DNA of 64,000 nucleotides from Isurus oxyrinchus (Eukaryota). The notes below the pieces were generated by a model, which had not been told where the DNA came from, did not search any database, and saw nothing but the letters and a program-made list of their open reading frames with translations. Positions 52,483 through 64,000 of this stretch are shown here, in pieces (positions within the stretch are counted from its first letter, which is position 1; every line of letters begins with the position of its first letter). Made by a program: the position numbers and the translations under genes. The stretch lies in assembly GCA_026770705.1 (NCBI GenBank), contig JANJGN010000015.1, positions 80,414,001-80,478,000 of the forward strand, given 5' to 3'.

Positions 52483-53085
52483 TCTTCTGACTAGGCACTT
52501 TACAGCCTTCTGGACTGAATATTGAATTCAACAACTTTAGGTCTTGAGCTCCCTCCTCCATCCCCACCCCCTTTCTGTTTCCCCCTTCCTTTTGTTTTTT
52601 TCAATAAATTATATAGATTTTTCTTTTACAACCTATTTCCATTATTTTTAAATATTTTTAAATCTTATGCTCCCCCCACCCCCACTAGAGCTGTACCTTG
52701 AGTGCCCTACCATCCATTCTTAATTAGCACATTCATTTAGATAATATCACCAACTTTAACACCTATGTGTTCTTTTGTTCTGTTGTTTGTGACATCTTTT
52801 GATGATCTGCTTCTATTATTGCTTGTTTGTCCCTACAACCAGACCAACCCCCTCCACTTCTCTCTCTCTCCCCCCACCCAAACCCCCCCCCACCAACACA
52901 CCTTAAACCAGCTTATATTTTACCCCTTTCTTGGACTCACTCAAGTTCTGTCGAAGGATCATGAGGACTCGAAATGTCAACTCTTTTCTTCTCCGCCGAT
53001 GTTGCCAGACCTGCTGAGTTTTTCCAGGTAATTCTGTTTTTGTTTTGGATTTCCAGCATCCCTAGATTTTTTTGTTTTTATCTCT
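52483..53085 (+). mobile_element. 5'-truncated Penelope element (GIY-YIG C-terminus and pLTR with hammerhead motif at about 52944-52983)
   Basis: Near-identical to 34530-35136. Motif agttCTGTCGAaggatc-atgag-gactcGAAATGTCaactc. Confidence 0.9.
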
Positions 53086-55325
53086 GGGAAGTGAAGTAGT
53101 CCATTCTGAAGCTAGGGTCCTAAATCTAAACAAACGCAACTACAAAGGTACGAGGCATGAGTTGGCTAAGATAGATTGGGGAACTTCATTAAAAGGTAGA
53201 AAGACAATGGCTAATATTTATGAAACGAATGTATGCATTGCAGTAGCTACACATTCCTTTCTGGGGCAAAAACACAACAGGAAAAGTGACCCAACCATGG
53301 CTAACAAAAGAAATTAAGGATAGTATTAGATCCAAAGAGGAGTCATATAAAGTTGCTAGAAAAAATATCAAGCCTGAGGATTGGGAGCAGTTTAGAATTC
53401 AGCAAAGCAGGACCAAGAGATTAATTAAGAGAGGTAAGATAAAGTCTGATAATAAACCTGCTAGGAATATAAAAGCGGACTGTAAAAGCTTTTATAAGCA
53501 TGTAAAAATAAAAATATTAGTGAAGGTAAATGTAGGTCCCTTACAGTCTGAAACAAGAGAATTTATAATAGAGAACAAGGAAATGGCAGAGCAATTCAAC
53601 AACTACTTCAGTTCTGTCTTCATGGGAGAAGTCACAAATGACTTCCCAGAAATGCTAGGAAACCAAGGATCTAATCAGAAGGAGAAATTGAAGGAAATTA
53701 GTATTCCTAAAAACACAGTGCTAGAGAAATTAATGGGACTGAAAGCCAATAAATCCCCAGGGCCCAATAATCTACATCGCAAGGTACTAAAGTAGCCATG
53801 GAAATAGCTGATGCGTTGGTTGTCACCTTCCAAAATTCTGTAGATTCTATAACAGCCCCAGCAAATTGGAGTTTGGCAAATATAACCTTATTATTTAAAA
53901 AAGGAGGGAGGGAGAAAACAGCGAACTACAGCCAGTTAGCCTAACATCAGTAGTAGGAAAATGGCAGAGTCTATTATAATGGATGTAATAACAGGGCACT
54001 TAGAAAATGTTAACAAGGTTAGACAAAGCCAACATGGATTTATGAAAGGGGGACCATGTTTGACAAACCAACTAGAGTTTTTTGAGGACATAACTATTAG
54101 AATAGATAAGGGAGAACCTGTGGATGTGGTGTATTTTTATTTTCAGAAAGCTTTTGATAAAGTCCCACATAATAAGTTAGTGTGTTAAATTAAAGCACAT
54201 GGGTTTGGTGGTAATATATTGGCATAGATTGAGAATTGGTTAGCAGACAGGTAACAGAGAGCAGGAATAAATGGGTCTTTTTCGGAGTGGCAGGTGGTGA
54301 CTATTGGGTACCGCAGGGATCAGTGCTTGCGCCCTAGCTATTCACAATATATAGCAATGATTCGGATGAGGGAACCACATGTAATATTTCCAAGCTTGCT
54401 CATAACACGAAACTTGGTGGGAATGTGAGTGATGAGGAAGGTGTTAAGAGGCAGCAAGGCGATTGAGACAAGATGAGTAAGAGGGCAAATACAAGGCGGA
54501 TGCAATATAAGTTGAATAAGTATGAAGTATTCCACTTTGTTGGAAAAACAGAATGGCTGAGTATTATTTAAATGGTGATAGATTGGGAAATGTTGATGTA
54601 CAAAAGGACCTGGGTGTCCTTGTACATCACTCACTGAAAGCAAGCATGTAGGTGCAGCAAGCAGTTAAGAAGGCAAATGGTATGTTGGCCTTCATTGCGA
54701 GAGGACTTGAGTACAGGACTAAGAATTTCTTATTGCAACTGTACAGGGCCTTGGTGAGACCACATGTGGAGTATTGTATGCAGTTTTGGTCTCCTTACCT
54801 AAGAAAGGATATACTTGCCATTGAGGGAGTGCAGCGAAGGTTCACCAGACTGATTCCTGGGATGGTAGGATTGTCGTATGAGGAGAAATTAGGTCGACTA
54901 GGCCTGTATTCACTGGAGTTTAGAAAAATGAGAGGAGATCTCATTGAAACATATAAAATTCTGACAGAGATGGACAGACTGGATGCAGGGATGATGTTTC
55001 CTCTGGCTGGGGGGTCTAGAACAAGGGATCACAGTCTCAGGATACAGGGTAGGCCATTTAGGACTAAGATGGGGAGAAACTTCTTCACTCAGGTGGTGAT
55101 GACCCCATGGAATTCTCTACCACAGAGGCTGTGGAGGCCAATTCTCTGAATATATTTAAGAAGAAAATAGATAGATTTCTAGACCCTAAAGGCATCAAAG
55201 AGTATGGGGAGAGAATTGGGAGTATGGCGTTGAGATAGAGGATCAGCCATGATCATAATAAATGATACAGCAGATTCGAATGGCTGAATGACCTACTCCT
55301 GCTCCTATTTTCTATGTTTCTATTT
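53086..55325 (+). mobile_element. CR1 ORF2 fragment through 3' end
   Basis: ORFs 53286-53795, 53961-54188 (FQKAFDKVPH) and 54652-55149. Tail (tttctatg)n. Confidence 0.92.
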
Positions 55326-55784
55326 TTCTATTAGATTGTTAAATATTTGTTTCTTTTAAAGTCCATTTCAAAGACATCCTGAGGTCTGCCTATAGTGGAT
55401 ACTGGGTAAGTGGCTATGGAGAATAAATAGCGGGTATAGAGGGTGGATGGGGAAATCATGGGGTATAGAGGGAGCATGGAGAGTATGAGAGGGTATAGAG
55501 GAGGCATGTGGGATGGTGGTAGTGTGAGGAATGATGGTTTGAGGGCCTGATATTCATCATTAAAGCTGGGCTGATTTCCCAGTAAACAGAGGCAGGTGTT
55601 CTAGCCTGCCAGCCTTGCCATTGGTCCACCTTCACTGCCTCCTCTATTGCCTCCAGAGGTGGCAGGCCAATCTCCATCCTACCCATGCCTCTCCAAAATG
55701 AAAATATGGTGGGAAAGGACCCTTTTAAAGGAAACAGGTCTGCCGAGTCGGAAGTTTTCCACCTCCTCTATAAAAATTCAGCCC

Positions 55785-56240
55785 TACAACTCAGTGAGTA
55801 ACTCACCTCCTGACGCCCCAAAGCCTGTCCACCATCTACAAGGTACAAGTCAGGAGTGTGTTAGAATACTCTCCACTTGCCTGTATGAGTGCAGCTCCAA
55901 CAACACTTAAGAAGCTCAACACCATCGATGGAAAAGCAGCCCACTTGATTAACACCACATTCACATTCACTCCCCCCACCACCAACACACAGTAGCAGCA
56001 GTGTGTACCATCTATAAAATGCACTGCAGCAACTCACCAAGGCTCCTTCAACAGCGCCTTCCAAACCTGTGGCCTCTATCACCCAGAAGGACAAGGACAG
56101 TAGATGCATGGGAACACCAGTGCCTGCAAGTTCTGCTCCAAGCCACTCACCATCCTGACTTGGAACTATATCACTGTTCCTTTCACTGTCACTGGGTCAA
56201 AATCCTGTAACTCTCTTTCCTAACAGCACTCTGGGTGTTC
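55785..56240 (+). mobile_element. LINE 3' end (family of 15257-15945)
   Basis: TIYKVQVRSVLEYSPL...KKLNTI motifs. Reverse of 17295-17700. Confidence 0.7.
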
Positions 56241-56439
56241 TTTTCATGTATTTATTTTTCAGATGTGGGTGTCATTGGCAAGGCCAGCATTTATTGGTCA
56301 TAAATAGGTCATGGTGAACCAGCATCTTGAACTTCTACAGTCTATGTATTGTAAGTACCCCCACAAGGACAATAGATGTATGACTGAATGAAATAAAAGA
56401 ATGATGAGTGACACCTTCATACTTGAGCAAGCGATTGAA

Positions 56440-57560
56440 CAGCCATTACCACTATACACCCACTGTCTCCCCGCTTCCACACTACACTTTCCCCTGTACT
56501 CCCCTTGCAATCCCCATGTACTCCCCCGTGGTCCACTGAATTCTCCCACACTCGCCTATAACCCCCTTGTAAGCCTTCTGTAATCTCCTTGTTCTTCACC
56601 TGTATTCCCTCTATACACTCCCTGTTCTTCAGCTGAACTTGCTCAAAATACACCCTCTGTATGCTCTCCACATTCCTCTGTATTCTCCCTATACCATCAC
56701 CACCTCTGCAACCCATGTTCCCCCCGTGCTCCCCCTGTACATTGCCCTGTATCCTTCTGTACTCCAGGTCACACTCTCCCCCTCCACCTCCCTGCACTCT
56801 CCTCTGTACACCTGCCCACACACCCTTCTGTACACTTCCCCTCCCTCGTATTCCCCTTGAAACCTCCATGTACTCCCATGCTCCCCACTGCAGACACTTA
56901 CTGTCCCCTGTACTGCCCCACTGTAAGTCCTCTTCCTCTCTGCACATCTTTTGCATACATCCATAACCCAACTGTATCCCCCTGTATCCTTCAAGCTCCC
57001 ATATCCATCCCATTTGCCTGGCACCACGTATCCCCTTGTACAGGGAGGGCACAGGGGAAAGTATCATGAGGAAGGAGGGAGGCAGTCAGGCAGACAGTAG
57101 TAATGGCTGTTTGATGCCATCTTGTCAGTTCAAGCGCTTGCTCAAGTATGAAGATGTCACTCATCATTCTTTTATTTCATTCGTTCATACAATGTGGGTG
57201 TCACAGATGAGACCAGCATCTATTGTCCAACCCTAATTGCCCTGGAGGAGCTGCTAGTGAGTCCTCTCCATGCACCCCCGATTATCCCTTTACCTACGTC
57301 CTGTATGTAGCCATCAGCATTCCTCCTGCAGTTTGCCCAGACCCTCTGTACCCCTGTACTGCCCCTGCACACACCCTCCCATACTCACCCTTGTTCTCAT
57401 TTCCTCATACTACCCACCCCCATACTCCCCCTGTAATCCACCCCCAACCCGTACACTCCCCCTCCTGTACCCTTCATATCTCCCCATATACCTTGGCACC
57501 TCCCAGTACTCTTCCACCTCCAGAGTCCTTGCTGTACCCTAACACTATTCCTGCTTCTTT
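56440..57560. repeat. Degenerate C-rich cryptic simple repeat (cccctgtaYac-like motif)
   Basis: Recurrent ctgta/ctccc words with strong C/G skew. The ORFs here are low-complexity. Confidence 0.6.
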
Positions 57561-58314
57561 GACTGATAGATGCTGTTGCTTTAACAGAGCCTGTACTGTC
57601 CCACTCAGAGCAAGTTAGGAGAGAGTTTCTTCAAATTGGAAGGATTTTCAGCACAAGCTCAATATAGGACCAAAGCTCGTGGTTTGTGTGGGGCCTAATG
57701 AACACCAAGGTTTCAATTAGAGTCACTGCTGGACATTTAAAATTCACAGAAGCTATACATGCATAGTATATATTTTATGAATAATGCATAATTCATGGTA
57801 TTATGTTTTTAAAAAAACATTCTGTCAGCTATATAGGACTAACTTTAGCAAGGCCATAGGTGGTGGGCTGGGCTCGGAACGGCCTCCATTTCAGAATCTC
57901 ATTTCCTGCCCTGCCCTTTTGTTATCTGCTTGATTGCCTTTGATTTTATTCTATCAGCAGGAACACAGTAGATGATAAGAATAAAGAAGACTTTGTTACT
58001 CTCAGGGAGATAGATTAGCACCATTTATTCACCTCCTTTATAGAAAGGATGGTCTCCGAGGCAGTGAGAATTAAAGTGCTCCTGTGTCAGTTTAACTTGT
58101 TAGGAGCATCCTGCTTTCTATCTCGAAGAGATGCACACTGTTTTTTCCAGACGAGTTTTCCAGAATTCCATCTGCTGTCCTGATCCAATTTCCCCCAACC
58201 TCTTAACCCATTTTGCCTGAACACTACACTTGTGCTTAACTCCCACCTGGCTAGTACATAATAAACATACATAAACAGATACAGTCTGGGAGAGAAAGGA
58301 AAAAGACACATACC

Positions 58315-59445
58315 ATGGAATTACAGAAACTCACAGCACAAAAGGAAGTCATTGAGTCTGTCATGCCTGTGCTGGCTCTTCAAAAGACTATTCAAGCACC
58401 AATCCACGCCCCCAATTCTTACCTCAAGTTTATCCTCATGTATCTGTCCAACTCCTCTTAAAGTTATTTACAGGATCAGCTTCCATCACCTTTTCAGATA
58501 GAGGCTTCCAAGTTCCAACAACTCTCTGTATGAAAAGAATTCTCCTCATTTCCCCTCAAGATCTTTTGCTAACGATGTTTAATCTCTGACCTTTGGTTAT
58601 TGATCCACTCCCCAGAGGGAATCGCTTTTCTCTCTCCACTCTATCAAAAGCTCTCATCATCCTGAAACCTTTATGAGGTCATCTCTCGACCTTCTCTGTT
58701 TCAAGGATAACAGTCCAAATTTGTCCAACCTCTCCTGATAACTGAAGCCCCTGATTCCTGTTAATATCCTGGTAAACCTCCTCTGGAGACTTTCTAAAGC
58801 TTTTACATTTTTTCTGAAGTGTGGTGCCCAGAATTCTCCACAATACTCCAGCTGAGGTTGAGCCAGTGATTTATAAAGTTCTAGCATGATCTCTTTGCTT
58901 TTATATTCGATTCAACAAATGCTGGTGTTGCCAGTGGCACCCATATCCCATGAAATAACTTAAAACATTGTCCTACCACTTGTAAGGATTTGTGCAGATG
59001 GCCACCAAGGTTTCTTTGCTCATCTACACTTTTCAAAATCACAGTTTAGAATATTCTATATTTCCATATTAGTTCTCCAAAAGATCATCACTTCACATTT
59101 CTCCACATTGAATGCCATCTCCCAGGTTTCTGCCCATTTCATCTCCCTGTCTATGTCATCTTGGAATCTCCAACTTTCCTCAAAACTATCTCCTACTTTT
59201 CCAAGTTTCGTATCATCTATAAGCTTTATAAGGCTGTTCTCAACTTCCAAGTCTAAGACATTTATAAAAATTGAAAAGAGTAATGGACCTAAAACTGACC
59301 CTAGGGGAACAGCACTGCAAACCATCACTGAGTCTGAAAAATATCAATCCATCAGCCTTTACTTCCTGCCTCTGAGACAATTTATTTCCCCTCCTGCCAC
59401 TTTCCCATTGATTCCAGGGGTTTCCATCTTCTCAGTAAGACACTT
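58315..59445 (-). mobile_element. CR1 3' portion
   Basis: ORFs 59056-59328 (PLGSVLGPLLF, DDTKLG) and 58657-58887. Confidence 0.88.
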
Positions 59446-59549
59446 ACTCAAATACCTTTCGAAAGAAGGAAAGGCTTGCATTTATTTAATGCCTTTCACA
59501 ACTTCAGGGTGTCACAAGGTTTTTCAAAAGAAAAACTGTATTTGTATAG

Positions 59550-59838
59550 CAAAACAAAAACAGAACTACCTGGAAAAACTCAGCAGGTCCGGCAGCATCG
59601 GCGGAGAAGAAAAGAGCCGACGCCCCGAGTCCTCATGACCCCTCGACAGAACTTGAGTTCGAGTCCAAGAAAGAAAACTCTTTCTTGGACTCGAACTCAA
59701 GTTCTGTCGAGGGGTCATGAGGACTCGGGGCGTCGGCTCTTTTCTTCTCCGCCGATGCTGCCGGACCTGCTGAGTTTTTCCAGGTAGTTCTGTTTTTGTT
59801 TTGGATTTCCAGCATCCGCAGTTTTTTTGTTTTTATCT
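59550..59838. mobile_element. Penelope pLTR fold-back insertion: perfect palindrome (arms 59550-59674 and 59679-59803, loop aaac) plus 3' tail
   Basis: The arms were checked base by base and are exact reverse complements. TSD ctgtatttgtatagc at 59536-59550 and 59839-59853. The right arm is homologous to 52925-53085. Confidence 0.95.
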
Positions 59839-59914
59839 CTGTATTTGTATAGCGTCTATCATGACCTCACAGAATCCCAAATCACTTTACAGCAAATGAA
59901 GTGCTTCTGAAGTG

Positions 59915-60810
59915 TTTTTGTCCTCGGCTGTCCCTTGATTCAAGGATGAGTCTCCTCAGGGTTGTGAGTTCTGCCATGGGTCTTCATGTGACTGAAAATG
60001 CAGGTCAATTCTCAACTCACAGATCTTTGGGCACATTGGATAGGACATCCTGTGAGATGGTGGGATCGAGAGTGCAGGATTTGTTTCCTTTTCTTGCCTT
60101 CTCTGTCGTCGCTCTGCCTCATCATTCAGATGTTGTTACTCAAAGCGTGGTGTAGCTTGATGGACAAGTTCTTGTTTTTTAGAGCAATTAGCACCAAGCC
60201 CCTCCCAGTCATTAACGTCAATGGTGTCGCGCTTCAAGGTGAACTTCAAAGTGTCTTTGAAGCAGTTTATTTGTCCTTCCCTGGAACGCTGGCCATTTGA
60301 GATTTGAGAAAACAGGACCTGGAGGGGAAGACACTTTTCAGCCATCCAGACACAATGTCCAGCCCATCAGAGTTCATTTTGCAGAAGTTTAGCCTGAATG
60401 CTTGGGGAGCTGACTTCAAGAAGGACACGAGCATTTGTTCAATGTTCTTCACATTGAACTGGAGGATGCGGCAGAGGCATTGCTGATGAGATTTCTCTAG
60501 CACTCTCTTGTATCACTGTGGCTGTAAGGTGGTCAGTTTCATTTTGTCATGGAGGCGATCAAGGTTAAAGGGTTTTCCATCTAGATGGTATTTAGTAATC
60601 ATACCAGTGGGAATTTGATCTTTGATAAGGTGAACAGCCACTGTCAGTTATTTGTAAATAATATGAGGGTTATCACACAGCCTTTTTTGACCCCAGTCCA
60701 GATTATGAAAGCGTCTGTTTCAGATCTCCCACTCAAGACAGTTGCAGTCATATCATCGTGAAGCAGTTGCAGGATTGTGATGAAGTTTGTTGGACATCCA
60801 AATAAATCCA
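59915..60810 (-). mobile_element. RTE LINE fragment
   Basis: FGCPTNFITILQLLHDDM...GVKKGCV and LEKSHQQCLCRIL motifs. Confidence 0.8.
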
Positions 60811-60829
60811 CAGAGCCACATAGTAACTG

Positions 60830-62700
60830 CCACATAAAAGGCTCATCTGAATCTCAATAGTATAAATATGAGAGTTAAGTGCACTGGTACTGAGTGCAGT
60901 TGTATCTGAGTTTAGTGAGCAAGGGAGTTCAGTGAGGAGGGGAGAGAGGTGTTCTTTTCTTGATCTTTTCTTTTTCTTTCTCTACATTTGTCAGCCTCCA
61001 GGAGACCAGGAGTTGAAAAGCTGCTTGAAACGGCTGAATATGAAAAAAATCCAAGAGCAACATCACAGGAGAAACATAAAGTTATTGGTTTGTGAGAAAC
61101 TGCTGTTCGGAAGGGTATTTAAGTAGCTGAAAATTAGAAAAACAGATGCTTTTCAAAAGAAGTAGCCATTTAAATTTAAGTAAAAAGCAAAAGCAATAGG
61201 AAAGTAAAGTTAAGTCAAGGCTAGGTAAAATAAAGTAGTATAAGGAAACAAATGTAAAATGAAGTTAACATAAGGGAAGTAAGTTGAAGCTATGGCAGGA
61301 TAGCTCAGTCATGTGGAATGCATAGCCTGTAATATGTGGGAAGTTGTGGGTGCTACCAATGTCCTTGATGACACCATATGCAGGAAGTGTCACCTGCCGC
61401 AGAAACTTGAGCTCTGGCTTGCAGAGGTCGAGCAGTGGCAGGAGTCACTGTGGCGCATCCACAAGGCTGAGAGCTACATGAATAGCACATTCAGAGAGGT
61501 GGTCAAGTGCAGCTAAGGAGCCTGGAGGCAGAAAGGGAATATGTGACCGCCAGGCAGTCCAAGAGAATTAGGCACATAGTGCAGGAGTACCCTGCGGTCC
61601 CACTTGTCAGTTGGTGAGGATGTTGGTTCCTTGGAGGAGTGAAGTCAGAACCAAGTTTATGATGCCACAGGCTGTACATGAGGGGAGAAAGAGAGGGGAG
61701 AAGCTGTAGTAATAGGGGACTTGCTAGTTAGGGGAACTGACAGGCATTTCTGTGGCCATAGATGTGACTCCAGGATGGTATGCTGCCTCCCTGGTGCCAG
61801 GATCAAGGATGTCATGAAGCAGCTTCAGGCCATTCTTCTGGGGGAGGGTGATCAGCCGGAGTTTGTGGTTCGCATTGGTATCAACAACTTAGGTAAGAAA
61901 GGAGATGAGGTCCTGGAAGCAGATTTTAGGGAGCTAAGAAGGAGATTGAAAAGCAGGACCTCTAAAGTAGTAATCTCAGGATTAATCCCAGTCCCACATG
62001 CTAGTGAGTGTAGAAATAGGGGAATAAAACAATTAAACATGTGGCTGGAAAGCTGGTGTAGGAAGGAAGGCATCAGATTTCTGAGGCACTGGGACCGGTT
62101 GTGGGGAAGATAGGACTGTACAAGCCGGATGGACAACACCTGAGCAGGACTGGGATGAACATCCTTGCAGGGAGATGTGCTTGTGCTGCTAAGAGGGTTT
62201 AAATTACATTGGCAGGGGGATGGGAATCTGAGGGCAAATTCAGAGCAGGGAACGGAAGATAAAAAATTAGTAAGTGACTCTGAAAGACAGAAGAAACACA
62301 GGTTAAAAAGTATACAGCACAGGAATTTGGCAGTGTTAAAAGGTATATGTGTAAATGCAAGGAACATAGTAAATAAAGCCAGAGTGCTGAGGGCCCAGAT
62401 TGACACATGGCAGCATGATATCATCGCTATAACAGAAACTTAGCTTAAAGAGGGGCAAAATGGCAGCTCAACATCCTTGGATATAGGGTTTTGAGGCAGG
62501 ATAGGGAGGGGGATAAAAAAGGTGGGGTATTAAAGAATCAATTACAGCTGTGAGGAGGGATGATATACTAAATGAAGGATCAGATTAGGCCACATGGGTT
62601 GAGCTCAGAAATAAAAAAGGGGCAGCCACATTGCTAGGAGAGTACAATAGGCCCCCAAATAGTGGAAGGGAGTTAGATGAGAAATATATATGCAAATTTA
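60830..62700 (+). mobile_element. CR1 5' portion: 5' UTR, ORF1 (zinc-finger and SGNH esterase) and start of ORF2 APE endonuclease
   Basis: ECIACNMWE..CRKC (61313); GDLLVRGTDRHFC..MVCCLPGARIKDV (61721-62113); CVNARNIVNK..DIIAITET. Confidence 0.9.
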
Positions 62701-64000
62701 GACCATAAGACATAGAAGCAGAAGTAGGCCATTCGGCCTATTGAGTCTGCTCCGCCATTCAATGAGATCATGGCTGCTCTAATAATCCTCAATTCCACTT
62801 TCCTGCCTTTTCCCCATACCCCTTGATTCCCTTACTGATTAAAAATCTGTCTATCTCAGCCTTGAATATACTTAACGACCCAGCCTCTACAGCCCTCTGC
62901 AGTAAAGAATTCCACAGATTGACTACATCCTAAAAGAAAAAATTCTTCCTCATCTCTGTTTTAAACGGGTGCCCGCTTACTCTGAGATTATGCCCTCTGG
63001 TCCTAGACTCTCTCAAGAATCTTATATGTTACAATAAGGTCGCCTCTCATTTTTCTAAATTCCAATAAGTACAGGCCCAACCTACTCAACCTCTCCTCAT
63101 AAGAAAATCCCTTCATACCCAGGATCAACCTAGTGAACCTTTTCTGGACTGCCTCCAATGCCAGTATATCTTTCCTTAGATAAGGGGACAAAACTATTCA
63201 TAGTGTACTAGGTGTGGTCGAATTAGTGCCTTGGGTAGTTTTAGCCAGATTTTCTTATTTTTATACTCCATTCCCATTGAAATAAAGGCCAACATTCAAT
63301 TTGCCTTCCCTATTACCTGTTGACTTGTATGCTAGCTTTTTGGGATTCATGCACAAGGACTCCCAAATCCCTTTGTGCTGTAGCTTTCTGCAGTCTTTCA
63401 CCATTTAAATAATATTCAGTTCCTCTATTCTTCTTGCCAAAGTGCACAACTTCACATTTTCTCATGTTATATTCTATCTGCAAAGTTTTTGCCCACTCAC
63501 TTAACCTGTCTATATCCCTCTATAGACTCCTTGTGTCATCCTCACCACTTGCCTTCCCACCTATTTTTGTGTCATCCGCAAACTTGGTGATAGTACATTC
63601 ACTTCCCTCATCTAAGTCATTAATATATTTTGTAAATAATTGTGGCCCCAGCACTCCCTGTGGCACTCCACTAGTTATAGGCTGCCATCTGGAAAATGCC
63701 CCCCACCTCTTATCCCAACTCTCTGTCTTCTATTAGTTAGCCAATCCTCTATCCATACTAATATACTACCACCAACACCATGGGCTCTTATTTTATTAAA
63801 TAGCCTTATGTGCGGTACCTTATAGAATGCCTTTTGAAAATCCAAATATATTACGTCCACTGGTTCCCCTTTATCTATCCTGCTTGTTAGCTCCTCAAAT
63901 AATTCTAATAAATTTGTCAGGCATGATTTCCCCTTCATGAAGCTATGCTGACTCTGTTCGATTAGATTATGTATTCCTAAATGCTCTATTACATCCTTTA
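62700..64000 (-). mobile_element. CR1 3' portion inserted antisense into the preceding CR1; runs off the window
   Basis: ORFs 63003-63191 and 63675-63938 (SCLTNLLE, YLDFQKAF). Tail at 62700-62720. Confidence 0.9.

Noticed and set aside
56417-57618. 216-aa and other G/P-rich ORFs
   Set aside because: They arise from low-complexity strand-skewed repeat and have no domain motifs.

Overview
Eukaryotic, repeat-dominated window with no convincing host protein-coding exon, RNA gene or CRISPR array. The repeat repertoire suggests an intronic or intergenic region of a cartilaginous fish (shark-like) genome; this is inference from family content only. Most long ORFs are decayed transposon fragments: many CR1 LINEs (RT, APE and ORF1 esterase pieces), RTE LINEs, an L2 3' end, tRNA-derived SINEs, PIF/Harbinger MITEs plus a Myb/SANT remnant, Gypsy-type LTR remnants, two minisatellites (37 bp and 19 bp) and several Penelope-like elements (PLEs) whose pseudo-LTRs (pLTRs) carry minimal hammerhead-ribozyme motifs. 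The most striking signal is a perfect 125-bp-arm PLE pLTR palindrome at 59550-59803, flanked by a 15-bp TSD. Relative to two sibling copies in this window, its consistent substitutions are eight A-to-G changes, mirrored in both arms and destroying the ribozyme GAAA core. This could be an ADAR-edited retro-insertion or a hairpin base-calling artefact. Other notable items are PLE fold-back/inversion structures of several ages, a Gypsy element whose pol core is replaced by an open coiled-coil-like frame, and a local inverted duplication. Boundaries of old repeats are approximate.
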